64,000 nt of DNA, from contig JAYQSR010000015.1 of the NCBI GenBank assembly GCA_038146945.1, positions 12,205 through 76,204 of the forward strand, read 5' to 3'. The notes under the pieces were generated by a model. It was not told the origin of the DNA. It saw only the letters and a list, made by a program, of their open reading frames with translations, and did no database searches. This document shows, one piece after another, positions 1-9,279 of this stretch. How positions within the stretch are numbered: the first letter of the stretch is position 1; the number at the start of each line of letters is the position of its first letter. Source of the DNA: Ilumatobacteraceae bacterium (lineage in GTDB: Bacteria; Actinomycetota; Acidimicrobiia; Acidimicrobiales; Ilumatobacteraceae). Made by a program: the position numbers and the translations under genes.

Positions 1-1
1 C

Positions 2-109
2 GCAGTTATCGATGCGTTGTCGGGGCTCGGCATCACCACGCTGGATATGCCGGCATCACCCAACAACGTGTGGAAAGCAATCCAGGCCGCTCAAGGAGGC
101 ACCAAATGA
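2..109 (+). CDS. C-terminal end of a molybdopterin-hydroxylase large subunit (CoxL / xanthine dehydrogenase family), truncated by the window edge
   Basis: Frame is open from the window edge (..[35 protein letters not shown]). TGA at 107-109 overlaps the ATG of the next (FAD subunit) gene as ATGA. The family call is mostly by operon context. Confidence 0.5.
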   Translation, partial: AVIDALSGLGITTLDMPASPNNVWKAIQAAQGGTK

Positions 110-930
110 TTCCCGCAGCATTCGACTACAAGCGGGCCGGTTCCGCGGAAGAGGCGATTTCGCTCATCGGACAATACGGTGACGAAGCCAAGTTCTTGGC
201 GGGTGGTCACAGCCTCATTCCACTGATGAAACTGCGTCTTGCGCAGCCCACGGTGTTGGTGGACATCGGTCGCGTGAAGGACTTGTCGTACGTGAAGGAT
301 GCCGGCGACCACGTGGCCATCGGTGCACTCACGCGCCACATGGACGTTGAGAAGTCACCGGTTCTCGCCCAACACGCGCCACTGCTCGCCCACGCGGCGA
401 GTCATGTGGGTGATGCACAGGTGCGACACCGCGGCACCATCGGGGGCTCCATCGCCCACGCCGACCCGGCCAGCGACTTGCCGGCAACCACTCTGGCGCT
501 CGGCGCCACGTACGTGGTGCAAGGTCCGAAGGGCAAACGAGACATCGCCGCGAGGGACTTCTACAAGGGCTTCCTCGAAAGTGCGCTTGCCGCCGACGAA
601 ATGCTGGTGGAAATCAAGGTGCCCAAGATGAACGGTGCCGGTTGGAGCTTTCAGAAGTTCAACCGACGCGCGCAGGATTGGGCCATCGTCGGTGTGGCTG
701 CATGGCGCAACAACGGCACCAGCGGTGTGGCATTGGTGAACATGGGCTCCACGCCCGTACTCGCATCGGCGGTGAGTTCGGCCTTGTCGAGCGGCGCCTC
801 GATTGCGGATGCTGCAAGCCACGCTGCCGACGACGCCGAACCTCAGGGCGATTTGAATGCCAGCGTGGAATACCGCACACACTTGGCAAAGGTGCTGGTG
901 CGTCGCGCGCTGGAGGAAGCGTCGAAGTAG
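106..930 (+). CDS. Molybdo-hydroxylase FAD-binding medium subunit (CoxM/CutM-like)
   Basis: ORF 70..930; ATG at 106 overlaps the upstream stop. Motifs [17 protein letters not shown] and [20 protein letters not shown] are typical of the FAD-binding subunit. Confidence 0.85.
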   Translation: MIPAAFDYKRAGSAEEAISLIGQYGDEAKFLAGGHSLIPLMKLRLAQPTVLVDIGRVKDLSYVKDAGDHVAIGALTRHMDVEKSPVLAQHAPLLAHAASHVGDAQVRHRGTIGGSIAHADPASDLPATTLALGATYVVQGPKGKRDIAARDFYKGFLESALAADEMLVEIKVPKMNGAGWSFQKFNRRAQDWAIVGVAAWRNNGTSGVALVNMGSTPVLASAVSSALSSGASIADAASHAADDAEPQGDLNASVEYRTHLAKVLVRRALEEASK

Positions 931-943
931 TCGCTCTGCGCAA

Positions 944-1690
944 TTACAGCAAACCGGCGTAACTGCCGCCGTCGACCGGCAGATGGGTGCCGGTGATGAA
1001 TCGTGCCGATTCGCTGCACAAGAACGCCACGATTCGACCGAAGTCGGCCGGATCGCCAACGACGCCGGCGGGAATACCCAGTTGCGTGGCATCGGGTGTC
1101 GAGCCGTACAACTGTGAGATGCGATCGGTTGCGTGTATGCCCGGCTGCACCGAGTTGACCGTCACCCCGTCGCCGGCCACCTCGCGTGCCAGCGTCTTGA
1201 GGAAACCCGTAACGCCTGCGCGTGCCGTGTTGGACAACATCAAGTTGGCGATCGGTTGCCGAACCGACAGCGATGTGATCGCCACCACCCTGCCCCACCT
1301 GCGGTCACGCATGGCGGGAACCGCGGCTTGGCACATTGCCACCACCGACAACAAACTCTGTTGCAGAGCCGGCAGATAGTCGTCGACGGTGAGCGAGGCG
1401 AAATTGCCTGGCTTGGGTCCACCGCCATTGGCAACCAACACGTCGATGTGACCGAGTCGGTCACGAGCCATCTCCACGAACATTGCCGCGCCACCTGCGG
1501 TGGACACGTCGCACTCGATACCGATGGCGTTGTCCCCCAGCGCAGCCACGGCCTCGCTCACGCGATTGGTGGTTCGTCCACAGATGGCCACCTTCACGCC
1601 GGCGTCAGCCAGCGCCTTGGCTGATGCAAAACCGAGCCCGGCGGTTGCCGCAGCCACTGCGGCAGTTCGACCGTTGATGCCGAGGTCCAT
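944..1690 (-). CDS. Short-chain dehydrogenase/reductase (SDR) family oxidoreductase
   Basis: ORF 944..1714; ATG at 1690 gives MDLGINGRTAAVAAATAGLGFASAKAL.. with a glycine-rich Rossmann motif, and ~248 aa is a typical SDR length. Confidence 0.8.
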   Translation of the reverse strand: MDLGINGRTAAVAAATAGLGFASAKALADAGVKVAICGRTTNRVSEAVAALGDNAIGIECDVSTAGGAAMFVEMARDRLGHIDVLVANGGGPKPGNFASLTVDDYLPALQQSLLSVVAMCQAAVPAMRDRRWGRVVAITSLSVRQPIANLMLSNTARAGVTGFLKTLAREVAGDGVTVNSVQPGIHATDRISQLYGSTPDATQLGIPAGVVGDPADFGRIVAFLCSESARFITGTHLPVDGGSYAGLL

Positions 1691-1755
1691 CGGGAACTCA
1701 CCGTACCCGAGCACCGGTCAGGTCACGGGCTGGCCGTCTTCCTAGGCTCAAGGAC

Positions 1756-2688
1756 GTGGTGGCACCGCGCGCATCCCTCGGCTCGGTCCAGCACGTGCGA
1801 GAAGCATTGCAGGGCGCGGGATATCTCGCCGACGAGGGACTCGCCACGGCGGTGTTCCTGGCGCTGTCACTCAAACGGCCGCTGCTGCTCGAGGGTGAAG
1901 CGGGCGTGGGCAAGACCGAACTCGCAAAGGTACTGGCCACGGTGCGCGGCAGCGAGTTGATTCGCCTGCAGTGCTACGAGGGCATCGACGCCAGTCAGGC
2001 GGTGTACGACTGGGACTACTCACGGCAACTGCTGCACTTGCGCGCCGCCGAAGCGAGCGGCGAAGCAGCAGGCAAGGCAACCGAGAAGTTGGAGAACGAG
2101 TTGTACGACGAGCGCTTCCTCATTCGTCGAGCGTTGCTGCGAGCAATCGAGCCGCGCAACGGCGTGGCTCCGGTGTTGTTGATCGACGAAATCGACCGCG
2201 CCGACGACGAGTTCGAGGCGTACCTGTTGGAGGTACTGTCGGACTTCCAAATCACGGTGCCCGAAGTTGGCACGTTTCGCGCCACGGAAGTTCCATTGGT
2301 CGTTCTCACCTCCAACCGCACGCGCGACGTGCACGACGCGTTGAAGCGTCGGTGCCTGTACCACTGGGTGGAACATCCGGGATTCGAGCGCGAGGTGGAC
2401 ATCGTTCGGTTGCGCGTGCCGCAGGTGCACGAGCGCTTGGCCCGCCAAGTTGCCGGCGCCGTGGAACGTCTACGTTCGTTGCACCTGTACAAACCACCGG
2501 GTGTAGCCGAAACCATCGACTGGGCCACCGCCTTAGGCACGCTCGGCGTCACGCAACTGGACGAAGCCGTCGTGCGCTCGACGCTCGGCACGGTGCTGAA
2601 GTACCGCGAAGACCACGAGCGTGTCACCGAACATGGCTTCGCCGACCTCATCAAGCATGCATTCGAGCGTGGTGCGCTGAACGGATGA
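1756..2688 (+). CDS. MoxR-type AAA+ ATPase (CoxD-like accessory protein)
   Basis: Walker A GEAGVGKT and Walker B LLIDEIDRA. The stop overlaps the next ATG (ATGA), and a vWA protein follows, which is the usual MoxR pairing. Confidence 0.85.
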   Translation: MVAPRASLGSVQHVREALQGAGYLADEGLATAVFLALSLKRPLLLEGEAGVGKTELAKVLATVRGSELIRLQCYEGIDASQAVYDWDYSRQLLHLRAAEASGEAAGKATEKLENELYDERFLIRRALLRAIEPRNGVAPVLLIDEIDRADDEFEAYLLEVLSDFQITVPEVGTFRATEVPLVVLTSNRTRDVHDALKRRCLYHWVEHPGFEREVDIVRLRVPQVHERLARQVAGAVERLRSLHLYKPPGVAETIDWATALGTLGVTQLDEAVVRSTLGTVLKYREDHERVTEHGFADLIKHAFERGALNG

Positions 2689-3816
2689 CCGCCGAGCGTA
2701 TGGCCGTTGCCTTCGGGCGCGTATTGCGCGGCGCCGGCCTCCGGGTGCCGCTCGACTCCGTCGTCACGTTCGTGCAGTGTCTCGACGCCGTCGGCATCAC
2801 CGACCGCAACCGTGTGTACTGGGCCGCGCGCACCGCCATGGTTCGTCGTCCGGAGGATCGCGAGGCCTTCAACGTTGCCTTCGCCGTGTTCTGGGACCGC
2901 ATCAGCGCCGGCGAAGATCCCCACCACATCGCCGAGGAAACGGTGTCGCTCGCGGCGGACTCCGACCACGCAGAGGGTGACGACGCGAGGGAGCAGAGCG
3001 ACGACTCCGTTTCCCTTCGGTTTTCGGCGGTGGAAACACTGAGCAAGAAGGACTTCGCCACCTACTCCGACTCGGAGCTCGCCGAGGCACAACGGCTGAT
3101 GCAACGCCTACGCTTCGTCGGCTCGCCTACGTCGATCGTTGCGACTTCGCCACAGTCGCTCGCGTCGAGCACAGGTCGACGTACGGCGCACCGTGCGATC
3201 GTCGTTCGCGCACCTCGGCGAACCCGTGCGCCGACAGTGGCGCGCCCCGAGCGAGCGTCTGCGCCGCTTGGTGGTGCTGCTCGACGTGTCCGGGTCGATG
3301 GAACCCTACGCGCGGGCATTCCTTCGCTTCATGCACGCGGCAATGGTGGGGCGTCAGCGCGTGGAGGCGTTCACGCTGGGCACGCGCCTGACGCGCATCA
3401 CACGGGAACTCTCGCATCGCGACCCCGACAAGGCGTTGGCTCGCACATCGCAACAGGTGGCGGACTGGAGCGGCGGAACACGCATCGGTGAATGCCTACG
3501 GATGTTCAACGACCGTTGGGGGGTTCGCGGGTTGGCGCGTGGCGCCATCGTCGTGGTGCTGTCCGATGGATGGGATCGCGGCAACCCCGAGGTGCTCGGC
3601 GAACAGATGCAGCGCCTGAACAGGGTTGCACATCGTGTGGTGTGGGTGAATCCGCTGAAGGTCACCCCCGGCTATGCGCCACTTGCCCGCGGTATGGCGG
3701 CCGCACTCCCCCACGTGGATGCATTCGTCGAGGGACACTCGCTGGAAGCGCTCGAACATCTCGCCGCGGTGATCCACGACGAAGGTGGTCGTGTAGCAGG
3801 TGCCCTTCATGCGTGA
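2685..3816 (+). CDS. vWA-domain protein (CoxE-like), frameshifted as assembled
   Basis: The N-terminal part (MTAERMAVAFGRVLRGAGLRVPLD..AEAQRLMQRLR) lies in the frame of ORF 1971..3491. The C-terminal part (..RRAQVDVRRTVRSS..LVVLLDVSGSM..VLSDGWDRG..) lies in the frame of ORF 3139..3816. The frame switch falls at about 3105-3125. Confidence 0.75.
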
Positions 3817-4126
3817 ACTCCTCGACGATCTCGATCGTTGGCGTGCAGCAGGAAAGCGCTGCGTGCTGGGGCGGGTGGTAGGTATCGAGGGCTCGGGTCC
3901 ACGCGATCCCGGTGCCGCGATGGCGGTGAACGAAGAGGGGGAAGTCGTTGGTTCGGTCAGTGGCGGCTGTGTGGAGGGCGCGGTGGTTGCAGAAGCCCTC
4001 GAAATGTTGCGATCCAACTCCGACGCAAAAGTGGTGACGTTCGGCTACTCCGACGACGAGGCCTTCGCGGTGGGGCTCACCTGTGGCGGCACGATTCACC
4101 TCTTCCTACAGGAACTCACGTGGTGA
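3809..4126 (+). CDS. XdhC/CoxI N-terminal-domain protein (stand-alone)
   Basis: MRELLDDLDRWRAAGKRCVLGRVVGIEGSGPRDPGAAMAVNEEGEVVGSVSGGCVEGAV.. matches the XdhC_CoxI N-domain pattern. The ATG overlaps the upstream stop. Confidence 0.7.
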   Translation: MRELLDDLDRWRAAGKRCVLGRVVGIEGSGPRDPGAAMAVNEEGEVVGSVSGGCVEGAVVAEALEMLRSNSDAKVVTFGYSDDEAFAVGLTCGGTIHLFLQELTW

Positions 4127-4172
4127 ACTCCGCGACGCTAACCGCGTTCGAGAATGTGGCAGCGCAACGGTG

Positions 4173-4970
4173 ATGTCGCTTTACGACGAACTTGCGCGGC
4201 GATTGCGCGCGCACACTCCCACCGCACTTGCGGTGGTGATCGACGGACCGCACGCTGGAGCCACCATGTTGGTGTCGCCTGGTGAACCGGTGCTTGGTGG
4301 ACTGGGAAACGACGAACTCACCCGTGTTGCGGCACGCGACACGCTCGGCGAATTGGAGGCGGGTCGCACGAGTACCCGTCACTACGGCCCGCAGGGTCAA
4401 ACCACGCCGGAGGATCTGGTGGACTCACCCACCGTGCGGGTATTCATCGAGTCGTTCGCACCGCCACCGCACATGGTGATCTTCGGTGCCGTGGATTTCA
4501 CCAGTGCGCTCGCCCGCGCGGCGAAGTTGTTGGGCTACCGAGTCACCGTGTGCGATGCGCGCAAGGTGTTCGCCACTGCACGACGATTCCCCATGGCCGA
4601 CGACATCATGGTGGCATGGCCCGATGAGGTGTTCCTCACCCACGGCAGTCACCTCGGACCACGCGACGCGGTGTGCATCCTCACCCACGACCCGAAGTTC
4701 GACGTCCCAGCCATCCAGGGCGCCTTGCGCACCAAGGTGGGTTACATCGGGGTGATGGGAAGCCGCAAGACGCACGCCAAGCGGATGGAACGTCTGGCTG
4801 AAGTTGGGTTGCACTCGGACGAGTTGGGTCGTGTGATGTCGCCGATTGGTCTGGATATCGGCGCGCGCACCCCGGAGGAAACGGCGATCTCCATCTGTGG
4901 TGAGATCATCGCGCGCCGCACCGGCCGTACCGCGCAGTCGTTGTCAGCGACCACCGGCGCAATTCACTAG
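4173..4970 (+). CDS. XdhC-family molybdenum-cofactor insertion chaperone (N-domain plus Rossmann-like C-domain)
   Basis: ORF 4083..4970, with the likely start at MSLYDELARRL... Contains ..ALAVVIDGPHAGATMLV.. and ..HMVIFGAVDFTSALARAAKLLGYRVTVCDAR... Confidence 0.8.
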   Translation: MSLYDELARRLRAHTPTALAVVIDGPHAGATMLVSPGEPVLGGLGNDELTRVAARDTLGELEAGRTSTRHYGPQGQTTPEDLVDSPTVRVFIESFAPPPHMVIFGAVDFTSALARAAKLLGYRVTVCDARKVFATARRFPMADDIMVAWPDEVFLTHGSHLGPRDAVCILTHDPKFDVPAIQGALRTKVGYIGVMGSRKTHAKRMERLAEVGLHSDELGRVMSPIGLDIGARTPEETAISICGEIIARRTGRTAQSLSATTGAIH

Positions 4971-5040
4971 CAAACGGCGAGCGACGACGGTCGCCAGGTG
5001 GCGAATGACGGCCATCGCCCACGCGCCGAACGACGGTCGC

Positions 5041-5733
5041 CTACCGAAGTGGGCTGACCCAGCGCATCCACGGAAGTCGGGTGGAGTCGATTCGATGAAT
5101 TTCCACCGAACGCTGTCCGGATCGCGCATGCACGATCAACTCGGGAACGCCGAGCGAAAACATGATGTGTCCCGGATACCACACCAGATCGCCCACCTGC
5201 ACCTCGTCACGCATCACTCGCTCTGCTTGTGCGTACTGGTATTGCGAGCCCCGTTCGATGGGAACACCGGCCTGCGCCCACGCAAACTTGGTGAGTGCGG
5301 AACAGTCCAGCGCAATGAACGGCGCATCGGCATTGGTGCGGTACGGTACCCCCACCTGACTGAGCGCACTAAAGAGCGCAATCTTGCGTGGCATGGGTGC
5401 AGCAGTCCACACGGTGCGCAGTTGGTTGGCATCGGCGTCGAGCAGGTACGCCACCAAACTCGCCACCTCGTTGATCTGGCGTTCGGCGACTCCCTGTCGC
5501 TCCACCTCGGGCACGTCGTGGCTTCGGCGAAGTTCCAGGGCGATGTGGCGCGAGGTGGACGCAATGAATGCAGCCGTGCGCTCGGCCACCGGGATGGCCC
5601 GTGCCGGCGATGGTGCACTCACCACGACGGATAAGGCCACCATGAGCGTCGCAGCAACCAGAGAGCGAACGCACGTTCGTAATTTGTAGGTCGATGGTGA
5701 CACGGGCATTCGACCGAGGTTTTTGGGGGACAT
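5041..5733 (-). CDS. Secreted NlpC/P60 (C40) peptidoglycan hydrolase
   Basis: ORF 5041..5766; ATG at 5733 gives a signal-like N-terminus (..LVAATLMVALSVVVSAPSPARA). The catalytic block is ALDCSALTKFAWAQAGVPIERGSQYQY..GDLVWYPGHIMF. Confidence 0.8.
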   Translation of the reverse strand: MSPKNLGRMPVSPSTYKLRTCVRSLVAATLMVALSVVVSAPSPARAIPVAERTAAFIASTSRHIALELRRSHDVPEVERQGVAERQINEVASLVAYLLDADANQLRTVWTAAPMPRKIALFSALSQVGVPYRTNADAPFIALDCSALTKFAWAQAGVPIERGSQYQYAQAERVMRDEVQVGDLVWYPGHIMFSLGVPELIVHARSGQRSVEIHRIDSTRLPWMRWVSPLR

Positions 5734-5893
5734 CGAGACCTCCGGGTGACGCAGGGGGTGCGCCACGGGTTGGGTGGATGAAGTACTCCCATCCTACCCC
5801 TGTCTGTAACGGAACTGTAATAATTCGTGAGCTTGTGAACGACCCGAAACCGTTGTGGGAGGCTGATTTCATGACTGCTGTGTCGAGTGCCTC

Positions 5894-6523
5894 ATGACGT
5901 CGAGCGCGCCGCCCTCCAGCGCATCCTGCGGGGCCCTGGTGCTCGCTGCAGGGGGTGGAAGTCGCTACGTCGGTACCACACACAAACTGCTCGCCCTGCT
6001 TGCGGGAAAGCCCGTCGTTCGCCACGTACTGGAGGCGGTGGCAGCCAGTGGTGTGTCCCCCATCATCGTGGTGACCGGCGCAGTGGCCCTCGACGACGTG
6101 CTCGCATCACCCCTGCCGGGCACACCGGAGGTCATCGTCGCGCACAATGCTCACTGGCAGTCCGGTATGGCGTCATCGCTGCAGGTGGGCCTCGACGTCG
6201 CACGTCAACGCGAACTTGGCGGCGTAGTGGTGGGTCTTGGTGACCAACCCGGGGTGACGGCGACTGCATGGAGACGACTTGCCGACACCGACGCGCCGAT
6301 CGCCGTGGCCACCTATCACGGCGTTCGACGCAACCCCGTGCGCATCCACGCCGAGTTGTGGGACCAACTCCCCCACGAAGGCGACGAGGGTGCCCGAACA
6401 CTCATACGGATTCGCTCTGATTTGGTGACGGAAGTAGCCTGCGAAGGTAACGCCGACGACATCGATACCGCCGACGATGTGGCACGGTGGCAACACGACT
6501 TGGCGAATCGAGGTGAGTACTGA
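5894..6523 (+). CDS. MobA-like NTP transferase (probable molybdenum cofactor cytidylyltransferase, MocA-like)
   Basis: N-terminal LVLAAGGGSRYVGTTHKLLALLAGKPVV nucleotidyltransferase motif. It sits among cox/xdh accessory genes. Confidence 0.7.
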   Translation: MTSSAPPSSASCGALVLAAGGGSRYVGTTHKLLALLAGKPVVRHVLEAVAASGVSPIIVVTGAVALDDVLASPLPGTPEVIVAHNAHWQSGMASSLQVGLDVARQRELGGVVVGLGDQPGVTATAWRRLADTDAPIAVATYHGVRRNPVRIHAELWDQLPHEGDEGARTLIRIRSDLVTEVACEGNADDIDTADDVARWQHDLANRGEY

Positions 6524-7173
6524 TGGATCTCCACCACGAATTCACGGTTCCCGTTCCGGCGAGCGATGCCTGGCGGATACTCACCGACCTGGAACGGCTG
6601 GCGCCGTGTTTACCCGGTGCCCAGCTCACCGAGGTGGAAGGTGAGGTCTACCGCGGTCAAGTGAAGGTGAAAGTGGGCCCGATTCTCGCGCAGTTCAAGG
6701 GTCAGGCCTCGTTCGTGTCGCGTGACGACGCCAACTTCCTGGCGTCGCTGAAGGCCGAGGGTCGTGACACAACGGGCAAGGGCAATGCGTCGGCCACCAT
6801 TACCGCGCGACTCGACCCCGTCACCGACACCAGCGCCAAATGTACGGTGGATACACAACTCAACATCTCCGGCAAGGTGGCGCAATTTGGTCGCGGCGCC
6901 TTGGCCGACGTGAGCGACAAACTGCTGCTGCAGTTCGTCGACAATCTCAACTCGCTGATTGCATCGCAACCAACCACCGCCGCACCGAGCGGCGCAACGC
7001 CCTCCGAATCGAACTCGAACGCGACGACGCCAGGCGTACGCAAGATCGAACAGACGCACGATGTTGCACCGCTCGACCTTCTCGATACCGCAGGAAGCAC
7101 CATCGTGAAACGCCTCGTTCCGGTTGCGCTGGTGCTGGCTGCGGTGGTGGCCGCCCTTGTCATCTTCCGCTGA
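6523..7173 (+). CDS. SRPBCC-fold CoxG-like protein with a C-terminal membrane anchor
   Basis: MDLHHEFTVPVPASDAWRILTDLERLAPCLPGAQL..GQVKVKVGPI.. is the CoxG pattern. A Thr/Ala-rich linker and a hydrophobic tail (LVPVALVLAAVVAALVIF) follow. Confidence 0.8.
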   Translation: MDLHHEFTVPVPASDAWRILTDLERLAPCLPGAQLTEVEGEVYRGQVKVKVGPILAQFKGQASFVSRDDANFLASLKAEGRDTTGKGNASATITARLDPVTDTSAKCTVDTQLNISGKVAQFGRGALADVSDKLLLQFVDNLNSLIASQPTTAAPSGATPSESNSNATTPGVRKIEQTHDVAPLDLLDTAGSTIVKRLVPVALVLAAVVAALVIFR

Positions 7174-7627
7174 ATCGGCGACCACGCTCGACATCGAGCA
7201 GGTCGCGACACTGCTGGGTCGTCGCCCGCAGGGTGACTTCAGCGTGGTGCTGCGCCACCCCGACGGCTCCCCGCGCGTGGTGCGCAACGCCCCGTTTCTG
7301 CATGACGGAACACCAATGCCCACGCGTTTTTGGCTGGTCGATCCGTCCGATGTCGCCGCGGTGTCACGACTCGAAGCCGCCGGTGGTGTGAACACCGCCG
7401 AAGCCGAGGTGGACACCGACGAATTGCTCGCCGCGCACCAGGCGTACGCCGCCGAACGCGATGCCCACGTCCCTGCGAGTCACACGGGACCGACGCCGTA
7501 CGGTGGCGTGGCCGGAACCCGTCGTGGAGTCAAGTGTCTGCACGCGCACTACGCCAATTGGCTGGTGGGCAACGCCGATCCGGTCGGTCGGTGGGTGGCC
7601 CTGCGGCTCGAAGCGACGGCACGTTGA
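7157..7627 (+). CDS. DUF501-domain protein
   Basis: ORF 7124..7627. Conserved blocks LLGRRPQGDF, MPTRFWLV and GVKCLHAHYANWL..DPVG, plus the usual position just upstream of ppx. The start is uncertain; TTG at 7157 is one candidate. Confidence 0.6.
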   Translation: MSSSAESATTLDIEQVATLLGRRPQGDFSVVLRHPDGSPRVVRNAPFLHDGTPMPTRFWLVDPSDVAAVSRLEAAGGVNTAEAEVDTDELLAAHQAYAAERDAHVPASHTGPTPYGGVAGTRRGVKCLHAHYANWLVGNADPVGRWVALRLEATAR

Positions 7628-8589
7628 TGAACCAGGCCACGCCCACCACCGCACTCGCCGCAATCGACATCGGCTCCAATTCCACCAACTTGTTGATCGT
7701 CGATGCAGCGGGCGACGAACTCGTACGCGAGGTGAACGTCACCGCTCTCGGTGAAGGCGTCGGGTCAACGCGCTTGCTCTCCCCGACCGCCATCGAGCGA
7801 ACCATGGTGGTGGTCACCAGGTACGCAACGATGGTGCGCAACCATGGTGCCCAACTGGCCATCACCGGCACTGCTGCCTGCCGTATGGCCACCAACACCG
7901 CCGAGTTTGTTGCACGTGTGCACGCAGCCACGGGTGTCGAGCCACGCGTGTTGTCGGCCGACGACGAAGCGAACCTCGCATGGCACGGCGCCGTGGCAAG
8001 CCTGCCACCCGTCGATGGCACCACCATGGTGGTGGATATCGGCGGCGCGTCCACGGAATTGACCATCGGCGACACACGGGATGGCCGTGCCATAGTGCGC
8101 GACAGCGTTTCCCTGCCCTACGGCGTGGTCACCCTCACGGAGGCGGAGTTGCACGGTGATCCACCCCGCCCCGAGGAACTCGCGAATGCCATTTCCATCG
8201 TGAGCGATGCCGTGGACAACGCACTGATCGAACGACCCGCCCTCGGCGACACTGCACGCGTGGTGGGCGTGGCGGGCAGCATCGTCACCATTGCGGCAGT
8301 GGAGTTGGGGCTGCAACACTTCGATGCAACACGACTGCACGAGATGGTGCTGTCACGTGCGGCTGCAGAGGACGTATTTCGTACGCTCGCCACCGAAGCA
8401 TTGGAGGATCGAGTACACAATCCGGGCCTCCCGTTGGAACGTGCCGGGGTCATCGTGGGAGGATGTTGCCTGCTGGTTGCCATCATGCGACGACTCCATC
8501 TCGACAACATCATCGTGAGCACCCACAACCTGCTCGATGGCGTGATCGCCGAGATGCGATCGGCATCCCCCACGGGCGGTGGCGCATGA
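7627..8589 (+). CDS. ppx: Exopolyphosphatase / Ppx-GppA family phosphatase
   Basis: The ATG at 7627 shares one base (7627) with the DUF501 stop TGA (7625-7627). MNQATPTTALAAIDIGSNSTNLLIV.. and ..VVDIGGASTEL.. are ASKHA phosphate-binding motifs. Confidence 0.85.
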   Translation: MNQATPTTALAAIDIGSNSTNLLIVDAAGDELVREVNVTALGEGVGSTRLLSPTAIERTMVVVTRYATMVRNHGAQLAITGTAACRMATNTAEFVARVHAATGVEPRVLSADDEANLAWHGAVASLPPVDGTTMVVDIGGASTELTIGDTRDGRAIVRDSVSLPYGVVTLTEAELHGDPPRPEELANAISIVSDAVDNALIERPALGDTARVVGVAGSIVTIAAVELGLQHFDATRLHEMVLSRAAAEDVFRTLATEALEDRVHNPGLPLERAGVIVGGCCLLVAIMRRLHLDNIIVSTHNLLDGVIAEMRSASPTGGGA

Positions 8590-9227
8590 AGCCCACCACC
8601 ACGTCGCGTGCCCGCGTCGAACACCCCACGAGTTCATCACCCGTGCGCCTGTTCGGTCGACGAGTGATGTTGCGCCCACTCATCGCCAGCGATTTCGCGG
8701 CGTTCGGCGAGGTGCGAACCCGCAATGGTCGATGGCTCACGGATTGGGAGCCGCTACGTCCGATGGCATCCGCCGACCCGGCGGTGAGCCAGGAAGCCTT
8801 CGAGCGTCGTTGCCTCCTGCGTGAACGCGAGCGCGTTGCGGGAAACGCCTACAGCTTCGGTGTGTTCGTTGATTCCGTTTTTTGTGGTGAGGTCAACCTC
8901 AACGGCGTTGCTCGCGGCTCGATGCAGTCGGCGACCATCGGCTATTGGATCGACCGGGCCAAAGCCGGACACTCCTACACGCCCGAGGCCGTTGCGGTGG
9001 TCACCCGATTCGCCTTCGAGCAACTTCGTTTGCACCGACTGGAGATCTGCATCATTCCGCGCAATGCAAACAGCCTGCGCGTGGTGCACAAACTCGGCTG
9101 GCGATATGAGGGTTGCGCCAAACGGTTCCTGGAGATCAACGGTGTATGGGAAGACCACGACCGCTTCGGCTTCACGGTCGAAGAGTGGGAAGCCCGCGCC
9201 GAAGAACTCAGCCGCGCCTGGCTCTAG
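8586..9227 (+). CDS. GNAT-family N-acetyltransferase (RimJ/RimL-like)
   Basis: The ATG at 8586 overlaps the ppx stop. ..GYWIDRAKAGHSYTPEAVAVVTRFAFEQLRLHRLEICIIPRNANSLRVVHKLGWRYEG.. is a typical GNAT core. Confidence 0.8.
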   Translation: MKPTTTSRARVEHPTSSSPVRLFGRRVMLRPLIASDFAAFGEVRTRNGRWLTDWEPLRPMASADPAVSQEAFERRCLLRERERVAGNAYSFGVFVDSVFCGEVNLNGVARGSMQSATIGYWIDRAKAGHSYTPEAVAVVTRFAFEQLRLHRLEICIIPRNANSLRVVHKLGWRYEGCAKRFLEINGVWEDHDRFGFTVEEWEARAEELSRAWL

Positions 9228-9279
9228 CCCCCTGGGGTAGCGCGCGCCGCTGCGGCTCGTCGCGCCACTGCGACTGCGA

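Noticed and set aside
4983-5040. Direct repeat acgacggtcgcc (about 4985 and 5029) between the xdhC and NlpC/P60 gene ends
   Set aside because: It is a short, imperfect repeat in a convergent intergenic region. It forms at best a weak 5-bp hairpin with no U-tract, so the evidence for a functional element is insufficient.
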